Origin: Octopus bimaculoides
Taxonomy: Eukaryota
Assembly (NCBI RefSeq): GCF_001194135.2
Contig: NC_068992.1
Span: forward strand, 25,928,688 to 25,964,829
Reading direction: 5' to 3'
Length of the DNA stretch: 36,142 bases
The position numbers and the translations under genes were made by a program. Below are positions 1 to 11,402 of the stretch, one piece after another. The notes below the pieces were generated by a model. It searched no databases and was not told the origin of the DNA. It saw nothing but the letters and a program-made list of their open reading frames with translations. Each line of letters opens with the position of its first letter. Positions within the stretch are counted from its first letter, which is position 1.

Positions 1-34
<34 letters not shown>

Positions 35-64
35 GCGCACACACACAAATATAAATATACACAC

Positions 65-108
<44 letters not shown>

Positions 109-666
109 TATATGGTTGTATATATACATATATACATATACATATACATACACTTACACGCGCACGTACTGACACCACATGCACGCGCATATATTCACAC
201 ATACCTACTTAAGTGAAACTTGGCTTCACTTAACAATCACATTTACTTTTATGGCTGAGAATATAACAATAACAACAGCAAAGAAAATCCCATCACGAAA
301 TCTAAGAACTAAGACAGCTTATGTATTTTGGGCGGGCATTCACTTACTTTTTAACATTTAAATCCATATTTATTGAAAATCCGTGAAAAAATCTATGAGG
401 TGGAATAACTGGAAACAAAACAGCCCAAACTTAAGCCATTTGACTTCAAAATACTTTCCACAAAAGTTATCTTGTCTTTCGCCGACAAATGGCTGATAAA
501 AATCTCAAATATCATTAGTAATGTTGTTCGATTTTCCAAAGGCATTGGAAATCACATAAAGGATGTCGGAGCAAAGATCGATAGTATGTAACAGCAAGCA
601 TTTGCATCAGCACCAACATCATACCTATCATTCAACACGAATACATCAATCCATCCCTGCATATAT

Positions 667-988
667 ACTCTTTTATTCTTTTACTTGTTTCAGCCATTTG
701 ACTGTGGCCGAGGAAATCGACCCCAGGACTTATTCTTTTGTAAGCCTATCGGGATCTTTTGCCGAACCGCTAAGTTACGGAGACGTAAACACGCCAGCAT
801 CGGTNNNNNNNNNNATATATATACATATATACGACGGGCTCCTTTGAGTTTCCGTCTACCAAATGCACTCACAAGGCTTTGGTCGGCCCAGGTCCATAGA
901 AGAAGACACTTGCCGAACGTGCCACGCCGTGGCACTGAGCTCGGAACCATGTGATTGGTAAGCAAGCTACTTACCACACAGCCACTCC

Positions 989-990
<2 letters not shown>
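667..990 (-). mobile_element. tRNA-derived SINE, family A (GGCGCAGGAGTGGCTGTGTGGTAAG head)
   Basis: Reverse complement reads AGGAGTGGCTGTGTGGTAAGTAGCTTGCTTACCAATCACATGGTTCCGAGCTCAGTGCC (A/B-box head) and ends in a CAAATGGCTGAAACAAGTAAAAGAATAAAAGAG tail. Same family as 23336-23750 and 34067-34401. Contains a 10-N gap. Confidence 0.9.
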
Positions 991-1021
<31 letters not shown>

Positions 1022-1054
1022 CATAAAGAAGAATGAAACAACTACAGAAGGCTT

Positions 1055-1305
1055 TGTTACATGGTTAACGTATATATTTAACTCGTTATGTTAGAAAAAT
1101 GTTATAAAATTTTGAGTATAGAAACATTGTATTTGGAGAAATAACCGGTTTCGTATTTTCTTTTCAAATTTCTCTACCTGTATCGTAAGATGTCTTCGCT
1201 CCGGTGTATAATACGGTTATTTCTCCAAATACAATGTCTCTAAAATCAAAATTTTATTACATTTTCTAACATAACGATTTAAATATATACTTTAACCATG
1301 TAACA
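1055..1305. mobile_element. Palindromic MITE/foldback element with ~93-bp terminal inverted arms
   Basis: Arm 1055-1147 is the reverse complement of 1214-1305 with 6 mismatches and 1 indel by manual comparison. The spacer is 66 bp and non-coding. The right end abuts an N gap. Confidence 0.8.
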
Positions 1306-1306
1306 C

Positions 1307-2032
1307 NNNNNNNNNNNNNNNNNNNNNNNNNNNNNNNNNNNNNNNNNNNNNNNNNNNNNNNNNNNNNNNNNNNNNNNNNNNNNNNNNNNNNNNNNNNNNN
1401 NNNNNNNNNNNNNNNNNNNNNNNNNNNNNNNNNNNNNNNNNNNNNNNNNNNNNNNNNNNNNNNNNNNNNNNNNNNNNNNNNNNNNNNNNNNNNNNNNNNN
1501 NNNNNNNNNNNNNNNNNNNNNNNNNNNNNNNNNNNNNNNNNNNNNNNNNNNNNNNNNNNNNNNNNNNNNNNNNNNNNNNNNNNNNNNNNNNNNNNNNNNN
1601 NNNNNNNNNNNNNNNNNNNNNNNNNNNNNNNNNNNNNNNNNNNNNNNNNNNNNNNNNNNNNNNNNNNNNNNNNNNNNNNNNNNNNNNNNNNNNNNNNNNN
1701 NNNNNNNNNNNNNNNNNNNNNNNNNNNNNNNNNNNNNNNNNNNNNNNNNNNNNNNNNNNNNNNNNNNNNNNNNNNNNNNNNNNNNNNNNNNNNNNNNNNN
1801 NNNNNNNNNNNNNNNNNNNNNNNNNNNNNNNNNNNNNNNNNNNNNNNNNNNNNNNNNNNNNNNNNNNNNNNNNNNNNNNNNNNNNNNNNNNNNNNNNNNN
1901 NNNNNNNNNNNNNNNNNNNNNNNNNNNNNNNNNNNNNNNNNNNNNNNNNNNNNNNNNNNNNNNNNNNNNNNNNNNNNNNNNNNNNNNNNNNNNNNNNNNN
2001 NNNNNNNNNNNNNNNNNNNNNNNNNNNNNNNN
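1307..2032. other. Assembly gap (N run)
   Basis: Continuous Ns, boundaries approximate. Other large gaps lie at 6072-6148, 8480-9137, 21519-22312 and 33258-33407, plus several short gaps, nearly all flanked by microsatellites. Confidence 0.98.
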
Positions 2033-2073
2033 NTATATATATGTATGTATGTATGTATGTATATATGTATAAG

Positions 2074-2448
2074 CGAGGAGGTACCTAAAAGTAACAGGAA
2101 ACTTTCTCTGTCCATTGTGGATCAGACATCCGCCGCAAGAAACTCAAGCATCCGTCTGCCGACTGGTGTCGTTCTCTAGCGTCGTGCCTCTACGTGGTGC
2201 GTCTTTCTTTTGAAGTGTTTCTCTGTTCGTCGATTTTTGTTATAGCTGAAAAGAAAGAACAGCGTGCTTCCGTGAAATTCTGTTCTCTGATGCGGAAAAC
2301 AGCGCTCGAAACATTTGTCATGCTTCAAACAGATTACAATGACGCTGCCTTAAGCAAAACACAAGCTTACAAGTTGTTTTATTCGTTTAGAAATAGCTCC
2401 TTGTCGCTTGAAGACCACCCTCGTTCAGAGCAACCGTCGACTTCCACG
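2074..2448 (+). mobile_element. Mariner transposon 5' fragment (TIR-like end plus N-terminal HTH of the transposase), decayed
   Basis: Translation from ~2245, EKKEQRASVKFCSLMRKTALETFVMLQTDYNDAALSKTQAYKLFYSFRNSSLSLEDHPRSEQPSTST, matches the mariner N-terminal pattern EQR..IKFC..LGK.A.ET..ML..AYG..ALS.TQV..WF.RFK.G..S.ED.PRSGRPSTS. Upstream CGAGGAGGTACCTAAAAGT resembles a mariner TIR. Confidence 0.88.
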
Positions 2449-4739
2449 TGGGCGCGCATGTGTGTATGTGTGTATTTGTGTGTATGCGTGTATGTATGCA
2501 AGTATCAGTTTTCTGTTAAGTAAATATCAACAAACGGACACTTCATATGAGAAATAGACACTGCTTTATATATACCAAATAATACCTTCATACAGCTGAC
2601 ATGTTTTTTTATGCGTTCTAATAAAACCACCCTAGAAAACAACTCCAATGTATGAAGCTATTACTAGCTAATATCTATAGGATGTACATCAAGTAATATT
2701 ATATATATATACAGCAAATGAAAGACAGAAGATGGGATATACGAGAATTTATTAATCACGACTATTGTTTCGACACATCTAGTATCCAGAAAAATAGAGA
2801 GAGAGAAAGGGAGACAGCTAATAAGAGATACAGATAACACATACAGCTTAAACACAATTTCTAACCAGCTGTACTTAGGAAGGCTATTTGAAATTTGTAT
2901 ATATATCCTCAAGAACCGTTGAACAGAATAACAATGTTGAAATGTATGTGTAAGAATAACGAAAATAAAATCTTATGATAAATGTTTTTTGCCATATCGC
3001 TGAAAACGATATGAAAATATGAGGTAACATTTACAAGACAATACATATCTGTTTGTATATAGTTGTGATGAATCGAAAATAACATCTGCAACATACCTAC
3101 AGCATACATTGATCTCTAAAAAAATCCCACTGAAATATGCAATGAGGTCACTCTGGCTGACTGTGTTTCTTTCTGTTTTGACTGTGTAATTTGATAATAA
3201 ATTTAATGTCATTTGTTACAAGTGTTCATGTGCAAATTCACGAGAATCATTAATGCAATCCATAATTTATCTCTTGACGATTTAAAGTTATACATACAAA
3301 ATAAATACCATACTTCGAAATAGCTCACGTTTTCAGCTGATAAAGTATTTAGTCTAACTGGATGGGTATATTTCATATTCGAAAACTGTAAAACAGTTCG
3401 AAACCATGTCTGCTGTATTCTACGAATTTATTGCGGTCATACCCTGGGCAAGAGATAAGAAATCAATTTTTAATAGCATTAGCGACACCGGAAGTCGTTT
3501 CCTTCAAAAAAAGGAAGTAATCCTTAACACACTCACATTTCTAGTAATTCTATCATTATAAGACGAAGTTGGATCCATTGATGTTATAGACCACATGGTC
3601 CTAACATCAAGTGGGAATTACTTAGAAATAAAGATATAGAAAATATTTTTGCAGACGAAAATACGTATGAAGAGGTTTAGAATCAGTTTGAATAACTTCT
3701 GAGGCTCTAGGGTCAATGCACCAACAATAGTGACATTTTAAAAGTTAGAAGTAAAAATGTCTCATGAAACATACAATCCTCAATGATATTCCATGCGACG
3801 CCGTCCATTTTGTAACAGGTCAAATTGAACAAAAACCACGAAGAAATACGATGTACTTAGTAAGTAAAGATTATCGTATGTTTTCTGCAAAATTGTAGTC
3901 GATTCAAATATTGACAGACGTGTAGCCTCTCTTGGACTCATATCACTTACAAAATATGATATTCTGAAGATTCTAATTCTACAGTCCAAGTTTCAGAGAC
4001 TGCTACAATATACTTGTTGACAAAATGGGATGAAGACCGAAAATACTCGTCGAGCCATATATCACTTATTTTATCCAGTTGCTACCCTAAAATGTAAGAT
4101 ACGGTCTTTCAAAGGGATATGATGCCGCTGCTGATACAAAATATAATAAGTTCCATATATGATATTAGAGAGGGGATTATATGAAAAATTATTTCTAATT
4201 TCTGATAAAAACAACAAGTATAATAGAGTTATTTGGACCAGAGCAGACATAAGCATCTCTACTATGAGAAATATCAACAAAAAATATTTACCTACGAATT
4301 ATTCGTAAACAACAGCTTCACTACTTCAGGAAATATTCTACATTTGAATATTTTTGATTGATGAAATTTTTTAATGCTTTTATGCTCCTCCATAAACTAG
4401 TCTTTTCTGGTAAAGGAAGTCACAACGAGTCACATTGCAAATGCAATCTTTTGACGGAGCAATGAAAATACAGAGTTGTTCTCAGAGCTATTTCAGTATT
4501 ACACCACATAGAATTTCATCTTTTCATTGGTTCGTTCAACATGGCCATATACAGACTAAAATTTTTTCATTGGCTTTTGATACGAGTAAATAAAGGCGAG
4601 GCATATAAATGAATGCTGTTTTTTGGCACTTAAAATATATTGAAATATGTACAACAGAAACAGTCGCTTAAATGTTTTCTGATCATGTTGACCCAGGGAT
4701 TTTTCATGCCTTTCAATTGTTACAACCTATTTTATAAAC

Positions 4740-5500
4740 TGTTCAGTGGTGACCAACCTGCGTTCAAAATATGAAAATCTGATCTTTCTGTAAGCCACAA
4801 ATAATGGAGTCGATAGCACAGCAGGCTATGAAAAAATAAAGCTCAAAGAAACAATTGTCAGCAGTGGAATTTAATCTTAATTCTGTTGACTTATGGCAAA
4901 CTTTATGCTTAACAACAATAACAGCAAGCAACAGATATCGTGTAGGTGGTGTACGTGTTACTGATACACCATAGGCTCGGCCTATCAGCTACATTCCTCC
5001 TCAGTACAAAGGAATGCCTTTGAAAGTCATCTAAATGTTGAAAGGAAACTAGCGTTATGGCCTTCAATAGGAATCACGTAACTTATTCCTTACATCAATA
5101 TATGGTGAGACCTTTATAGGAATATGTGAAAGATATGGTTTGAGAGTTATTCTACTTTAAACCAAAATTGCGGGCGCTAGGTATTAGCAGGGATATATTG
5201 AAGTTTGAATGCAATCCAAACTCCATTGGCAACCGGATTCGCTGGGAGCTTAGCTCTTGTATTAGATCAGTTACGAAGTAGTGAAACTATTGTGCTCCCA
5301 CACTGGAATAACAATAACATATTTGCAGGATGGCTGGTGTAATCTCCTGAATTGAATCCAGAAATCTCTGTCAGCGAAATCACTCCAATAAAAATTTGAA
5401 TACAGTCTGTAGATGGGAGAATGTCTTAGAACATGAAAAAATTACATAACTCAATTTTCTGCTATAATGATTTGTTATGAATTATCTATATGACAAAATG
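4740..5500 (+). pseudogene. Highly decayed Tc1-like DDE transposase remnant
   Basis: Collinear motifs recovered across stops and frameshifts: LSVSHK, EFNLNSVDLW (cf. KFNLDGPDG..YW), NRYRVGGVRV (cf. GGGSVMVW), QYKGM-ESHL, LQ*ES (cf. FQQDN), KIWFE, GWLV*SPELNP (cf. WP.QSPDLNP), RWENV, KLHNSI. Aligned by eye only. Confidence 0.5.
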
Positions 5501-5621
5501 CAACACCACCAGAACGCTTGCAACACAATAGAATGTATCTAAAGGGTTATGAAGCGATTAGTGGTGTTATACCAAACGCCCAGGAATCAAATACAAGCTC
5601 ATAAACATTCAAGCAAATTAA

Positions 5622-5784
5622 CTACGAGCTGGATTCTATCACAGAAAGAATTAAGTGAGTTAGGTTGAAGTCTATGTAAAACACTTCAGAAAATTACGGT
5701 GTTCGAAAGAAGTTTGCTCAATGGTGCGTAGCATGAAACAATAATCGATGAGTAAAAAGGAGAGAGAGGGAGAGACAGACCAAT
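5622..5784 (+). repeat. 163-bp direct repeat, copy 1
   Basis: Matches 7534-7696 with 3 substitutions. Confidence 0.95.
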
Positions 5785-6034
5785 GTGCGTATTTCTATGC
5801 AGATATGTATAAGAGTGATTGTATATATATATATATATATAATGATAAATCTCTGAACGCGGTATAAATAGTAGCTGCACGACGACGTGAAGTATATTTG
5901 CCACTTAAATGTGGCTAACCACCAAGGGTGGATGCTACTGTAGGTTGTAGCCCCAGGAGAACACCTCCTCCATCTGGCTATTGACACACTATCAGTATAC
6001 ATTTAAGTGCCAAATATACTTTACGTTATATATA

Positions 6035-6070
<36 letters not shown>

Positions 6071-6291
6071 TNNNNNNNNNNNNNNNNNNNNNNNNNNNNN
6101 NNNNNNNNNNNNNNNNNNNNNNNNNNNNNNNNNNNNNNNNNNNNNNNNTATATATATAGAGAGAGAGAGAGACATACATACATTCAGAAATGCACACGTT
6201 CCACGTACATTACTTTGCACAATGACATACAGGCAGAGGGTGAGGTACACACATCCTAGATACGTCTCCTGCTGCAAGAAATAGCAGCCAT

Positions 6292-6417
6292 CCGCCGAGG
6301 TCGACTTGGCTTTTCATCCTTTCCGGGTCTATAAATTAAGTACCAGTTGCGTACTGGAGTCGATCTAATCGAGTGCCCCCCTCCTCCCAAATTTTGGGCC
6401 TTGTGCCTAGAGAAGAA
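6292..6417 (+). mobile_element. 5'-truncated SINE, family B, with a 16-bp target-site duplication
   Basis: Body CCGCCGAGGTCGACTTGGCTTTTCATCCTTTCCGGGTCTATAAATTAAGTACCAG, flanked by AAGAAATAGCAGCCAT (6276-6291) and AAGAAGTAGCAGCCAT (6418-6433). Confidence 0.85.
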
Positions 6418-6700
6418 AAGAAGTAGCAGCCATATTTCCCTACAGTCGTAAATTACGAAGTACGCAATGTAACTCAAGTTATAGAGACAGACAGAAAGGT
6501 CACAGTTTGAACATCATTATTCACTGGTTGTATTCAATCAGAAATATCTGATGTCAAATATAAGTAGCATTTTAAGTTGTGTCACAATCGTATATGGAGC
6601 ATCTCTTCATTTCAAATTCATATAACTTTGCGTGTGTCCGCGTGTGTATGCGTATGTGATAAACGTGTGTATATGTCTACGCGTATGTGCTTACGTGAGT

Positions 6701-7085
6701 GGAGACGCAATGGCCTATTGGTTAGGGCAGCTGACTCGCGGTCATAGGATCGCGGTTTCGATTCCCAGACCGGGCATTGTGAGTGTTTATTAAGCGAAAA
6801 CACCTAAAGCTCTACGAGGCTCCGGCAGGGGATGGTGGCGAACCCCGCTGTACTCTTTCACCACTTCCTCTCACTCTTACTTCCTGTTTCTCTTGTGCCT
6901 GTAATTCAAAGGGTCAGCCTTGTCACACTGTGTCACGCTGAATAACCCCGAGAACTACGTTAATGGTACACCTGCATGTGGAGTGCTCAGCCACTTGCAC
7001 GTTAATTTCACCAGCAGGCTGTTCCGTTGATCAGATCAACTGTAACCCTCGACGTCGTAAGCGACGGAGTGCAACAACAACAACA
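6701..7085 (+). mobile_element. Full-length tRNA(Arg)-like SINE (probably an octopus OR-type family) with a perfect 16-bp TSD
   Basis: Head GGAGACGCAATGGCCTATTGGTTAGGGCAGCTGACTCGCGGTCATAGGATCGCGGTTTCGATTCCC (A and B boxes, TCG at the anticodon position) and a (CAA)n tail. TSD ATGTGCTTACGTGAGT at 6685-6700 and 7086-7101. Confidence 0.93.
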
Positions 7086-7533
7086 ATGTGCTTACGTGAG
7101 TTCGGCTTCAAAACGTATGCCTTTATCGACCAACGACAAACGCAAATATACACAAATTATTTAATGCACGCTCCTACAGCAAATTGCGCACAAACAATAC
7201 GAGCAAACATAGATATCAGCTGCCTAGATGTTGCATGATTTGCTTAAGTCGACAATTTCTTCTTAGTTTGTATCTTTTAAAAGGGAGATAAGCATTGGTC
7301 AATATAGTCCGTTTTATACAAATCCAGTGTTTCTACGCATTTTGTGATGGGACTGGTCGATCACAGATAACTATCAGCTACACTAAACTACAATAACAAT
7401 TACGGTATATTTTACATGTAATATTTTATCTTATTTTAAAATGATTTGTTCTCTTGTCTTCCTTCTTTCTATATTACGTATGCATAAAACTGCGAAAAAT
7501 AAACAACGATAACAGAAGTCGAAAACATTAAGG

Positions 7534-7696
7534 CTACGAGCTGGATTCTATCACAGAAAGAATTAAGTGAGTTAGGTTGAAGTCTATGTAAAACACTTCA
7601 GAAAATTACGGTGTTCGAAAGAAGTTTGCTCAATGGTGCCTAGCATTAAACAATAATCGATGAGTAAAGAGGAGAGAGAGGGAGAGACAGACCAAT
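7534..7696 (+). repeat. 163-bp direct repeat, copy 2
   Basis: Matches 5622-5784 with 3 substitutions. Confidence 0.95.
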
Positions 7697-7889
7697 ATAT
7701 AGAGTGGGTGAAAACGGTAAGAAGGGTGCAAGGCTGAGTAGAACAAGAGAATGCGGAGTGTTAAGGAATAGAGGATAAGAGGGTATTTCAAAATTATATG
7801 AAAGAAGAGCCAAAGAAAAGAGGATTAACTACACAATCGAATATTAGAAATCATATATGTGTGTATGCATGTATATTTATATTATATAT

Positions 7890-7955
7890 AAATATATCTA
7901 TCTATCGATCTATATATCTATCTATATATCTATCTCTAGATCTATCTATCTCTAG

Positions 7956-7989
<34 letters not shown>

Positions 7990-8029
7990 TTATCTATCTA
8001 TTTATCTATTTGCCTATGCATTTATATAT

Positions 8030-8075
<46 letters not shown>

Positions 8076-8145
8076 TTGCACAGTTAAACATATAGAGACT
8101 AAAATTTCAATATGGATGTGTGTGTGTGTGTGTGTGTGTGCGTGT

Positions 8146-8177
<32 letters not shown>

Positions 8178-8363
8178 GCGCGTGTGTGCACGATGCCTAA
8201 ACCAGGAGATATGCTGGATACCACATAATGCGGAATATGTTATCATTAAATTACATTGCATAGCTTCACATCAAAATAATCAGACGTTGTAACGAGGCAG
8301 TGCAATGAAATTCATTCACACACATACACATTCACATACACATCGTATATCCATACAAACAGA

Positions 8364-8406
<43 letters not shown>

Positions 8407-8479
8407 ACACGTACACACACACACACAAATACACACACACACACAAACACGCACACACAAACACAAACAACACACAACG
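7890..8479. repeat. Compound microsatellites (TCTA)n, (CA)n, (TG)n, (CA)n
   Basis: Directly visible tandem repeats. The (CA)n and (TG)n tracts face each other across a ~45-bp spacer. Confidence 0.95.
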
Positions 8480-9137
8480 NNNNNNNNNNNNNNNNNNNNN
8501 NNNNNNNNNNNNNNNNNNNNNNNNNNNNNNNNNNNNNNNNNNNNNNNNNNNNNNNNNNNNNNNNNNNNNNNNNNNNNNNNNNNNNNNNNNNNNNNNNNNN
8601 NNNNNNNNNNNNNNNNNNNNNNNNNNNNNNNNNNNNNNNNNNNNNNNNNNNNNNNNNNNNNNNNNNNNNNNNNNNNNNNNNNNNNNNNNNNNNNNNNNNN
8701 NNNNNNNNNNNNNNNNNNNNNNNNNNNNNNNNNNNNNNNNNNNNNNNNNNNNNNNNNNNNNNNNNNNNNNNNNNNNNNNNNNNNNNNNNNNNNNNNNNNN
8801 NNNNNNNNNNNNNNNNNNNNNNNNNNNNNNNNNNNNNNNNNNNNNNNNNNNNNNNNNNNNNNNNNNNNNNNNNNNNNNNNNNNNNNNNNNNNNNNNNNNN
8901 NNNNNNNNNNNNNNNNNNNNNNNNNNNNNNNNNNNNNNNNNNNNNNNNNNNNNNNNNNNNNNNNNNNNNNNNNNNNNNNNNNNNNNNNNNNNNNNNNNNN
9001 NNNNNNNNNNNNNNNNNNNNNNNNNNNNNNNNNNNNNNNNNNNNNNNNNNNNNNNNNNNNNNNNNNNNNNNNNNNNNNNNNNNNNNNNNNNNNNNNNNNN
9101 NNNNNNNNNNNNNNNNNNNNNNNNNNNNNNNNNNNNN

Positions 9138-9171
<34 letters not shown>

Positions 9172-9479
9172 CATACACACACATATGCATATATATATGT
9201 TCATATACATACATAAACAAGATATTCATCATATCTCCCTAGTAAGGTTTCCTCAAATCTCAATGTATTCATCAACAAAGCTTGTTATCGTTTTCACTGT
9301 TGTTCTGCTAGTTTGCTTACAAATCAATAAAACGTATCCAATTACGTGCTCCGATATATTTTCTTTAAACCATTTCTTTCTGCTTCGGCAAAACTCTATG
9401 AAAATAAAACGTAGCTCTCTGCTACCCTCGGCCATTTAGATCTGTTAACCGTCATATCTCACAGTACAACAATGAATTA

Positions 9480-10097
9480 CATTGTAATTCGATATAAATT
9501 GATTTCGAGGTTCTGATGGTGACTCGTACTAGAGGGTGCTGGCGTTGATGATTGAATGTCATGGTTTTTGTTTTCGATGGTAATGGTAGTGGTGGTCGTA
9601 TATGTTGCGAGCTTGCGAATCTAGTCGTCGTTGTGGCGGTGGAGCTGGTTGTAAAAGTGAACATGTAGACGGTGGCGGTGTTCTTCTTTGTGATTTAAGA
9701 GGTATTATGGTTGGGGTGATGTCGAGGTCTTGGACAGTATTGCATGCAATGGCGGTGTTGATATCGGTGTTGGTGTTGCTGTCGGGGTTGGAGTTGTTTT
9801 CCAATGGTGGTGATGAAGTTCTTGGGCGGAGAAAGAGTTGCTGGTTTAGCTGATGGTCAATGACTTTTGATTGTTTTGTTGTTTGAATGGCGGTGGTGGT
9901 GGTGGTGGTGGTCAGTGTGTTCTCGCTGTCCATGATAATAATGATGGATTGTTGTTATAGCGTTTGCCATTTAAATGGTGTTCAGGCCATCGGTTGGTGT
10001 CATGATGAAGATGGTGGTACTGGTGGTAGTTGTAGCGATGCTGCTGCTCATGATGATGATGATGATGACGATAGTGTTGATGATGATGATGATGATA

Positions 10098-10129
<32 letters not shown>

Positions 10130-10460
10130 GGTGGTGGTGGTAATGGTGGTAGTGGTGGTGGCAATGCTGGTGATGGTAGTGGTGGTGGCGATCATGGTGC
10201 TGTTAATGACTATGATGATCATGTTGATGATTATGATGATGATGATGCTGATAATTATGATGATTACGATGATGATGCTGACGATAGCAATGGTGGTGGT
10301 AGCAGTGGTGGTGATCGTGGTGATGCTGGTGATGCTGCTGATGATGATGAAGATGATGAAGATGATGATGATTATGGTGGTAGTGGTGGTGGTGGTGGTG
10401 GTGGTGCTGGTGATGGTGGTTGTGGTGGTGTTGATTATGATGATGGTGATGATGATTGAT
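9480..10460. repeat. Degenerate (GGT)n/(GAT)n trinucleotide low-complexity tract
   Basis: Alternating GAT and GGT runs with decayed flanks, which explains the overlapping Gly/Asp, Met/Val and Ile/Thr ORFs. Confidence 0.9.
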
Positions 10461-10624
10461 GATTGTTCTTATTTGTGTTGTTCCCTCTCAAAGTTTCACC
10501 CCATGTTTGTCCTGTTGGGACCAAATAATGATCGCTGCCACTCGAAATATACGCCTATCGTCTTTCTCTCTACGATTATATAACACAGACAAACATTATG
10601 TAATGCAGTCTTGCTTTGAAACCT

Positions 10625-10752
10625 TGTAGCAAAGTGGCAAAGTCCTTTGAAAGTTGGATAGAATGTCTGGCAGTATTTGCTTTAACTATCTACGCTCTGA
10701 GTTCAAATCTCGCCGACGTCAACTTTCTATTTCAAACTTTCGAGGTCAATCA
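10625..10752 (+). mobile_element. Decayed SINE family B fragment
   Basis: ACGCTCTGAGTTCAAATCTCGCCGACGTCAACTTT...TTTCGAGGTCAAT matches the family B B-box and central domain. Confidence 0.7.
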
Positions 10753-11402
10753 GGGCTGTGGATTTGACGAAATCATAAGTCAGGCTAGATGCTTCATGGT
10801 CTCGATTCTGACAGATATATACCTTCAAAGAAGCTGATGCCAGGTTTCCTCGGCAGTATTTCCCGCATAGAGGCGTAATACAAGTATGATTAAATGTTCC
10901 CCGCAGAACTTTGCTCGGGCCTACATATTAATGTAGAAATGCGTGAACAGCCTCGGCTGATGGAGTCACCTATTTGGTTATAAAACGTACTGAGCATTGT
11001 TTAAGAAAAATGTCAAAACCAGATCTGGCGCACACGGTGAGAGCACGCCCAATATTCTGTAATGATCGTCGTTCCCTTCCTACCTTTTGGCGTCGGCGCT
11101 GTTATTCTTGTCCTTGTTATGTTCTAAACCAACTCTGATAAAATAGGGCTTTGCCTGAAGATACTCTAGCAGTGACCATCTCATCTCACCTTTTTGTCAA
11201 GCATAGTAGACTTAGAATAAAAATGTTTCGTATTTCTTTCCATTTTTAAGACAGTTTTGTGTTACAGAAAGATATTTAGCACCTATCTCTAACAGGTTAA
11301 GTAACTTCTTTTGAAGCGGATGTTGCAGAATGCCATGATAAAGAGACTACACATGTGAAAGTAAGGATGGTAGCATCAGAGTTTGAAATGTAGATGATAG
11401 TA

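Noticed and set aside
3670-3690. QTDSKPL on the minus strand resembling the Gypsy RNase H motif TDHKPL
   Set aside because: It is an isolated motif with no convincing flanking RNase H or integrase motifs.
9887-10459. 190-aa Gly/Asp-rich ORF with a hydrophobic N-terminus, resembling acidic shell-matrix proteins
   Set aside because: It is fully explained by (GGT)n/(GAT)n repeats: several frames on both strands are open, and similar tracts occur elsewhere in the window.
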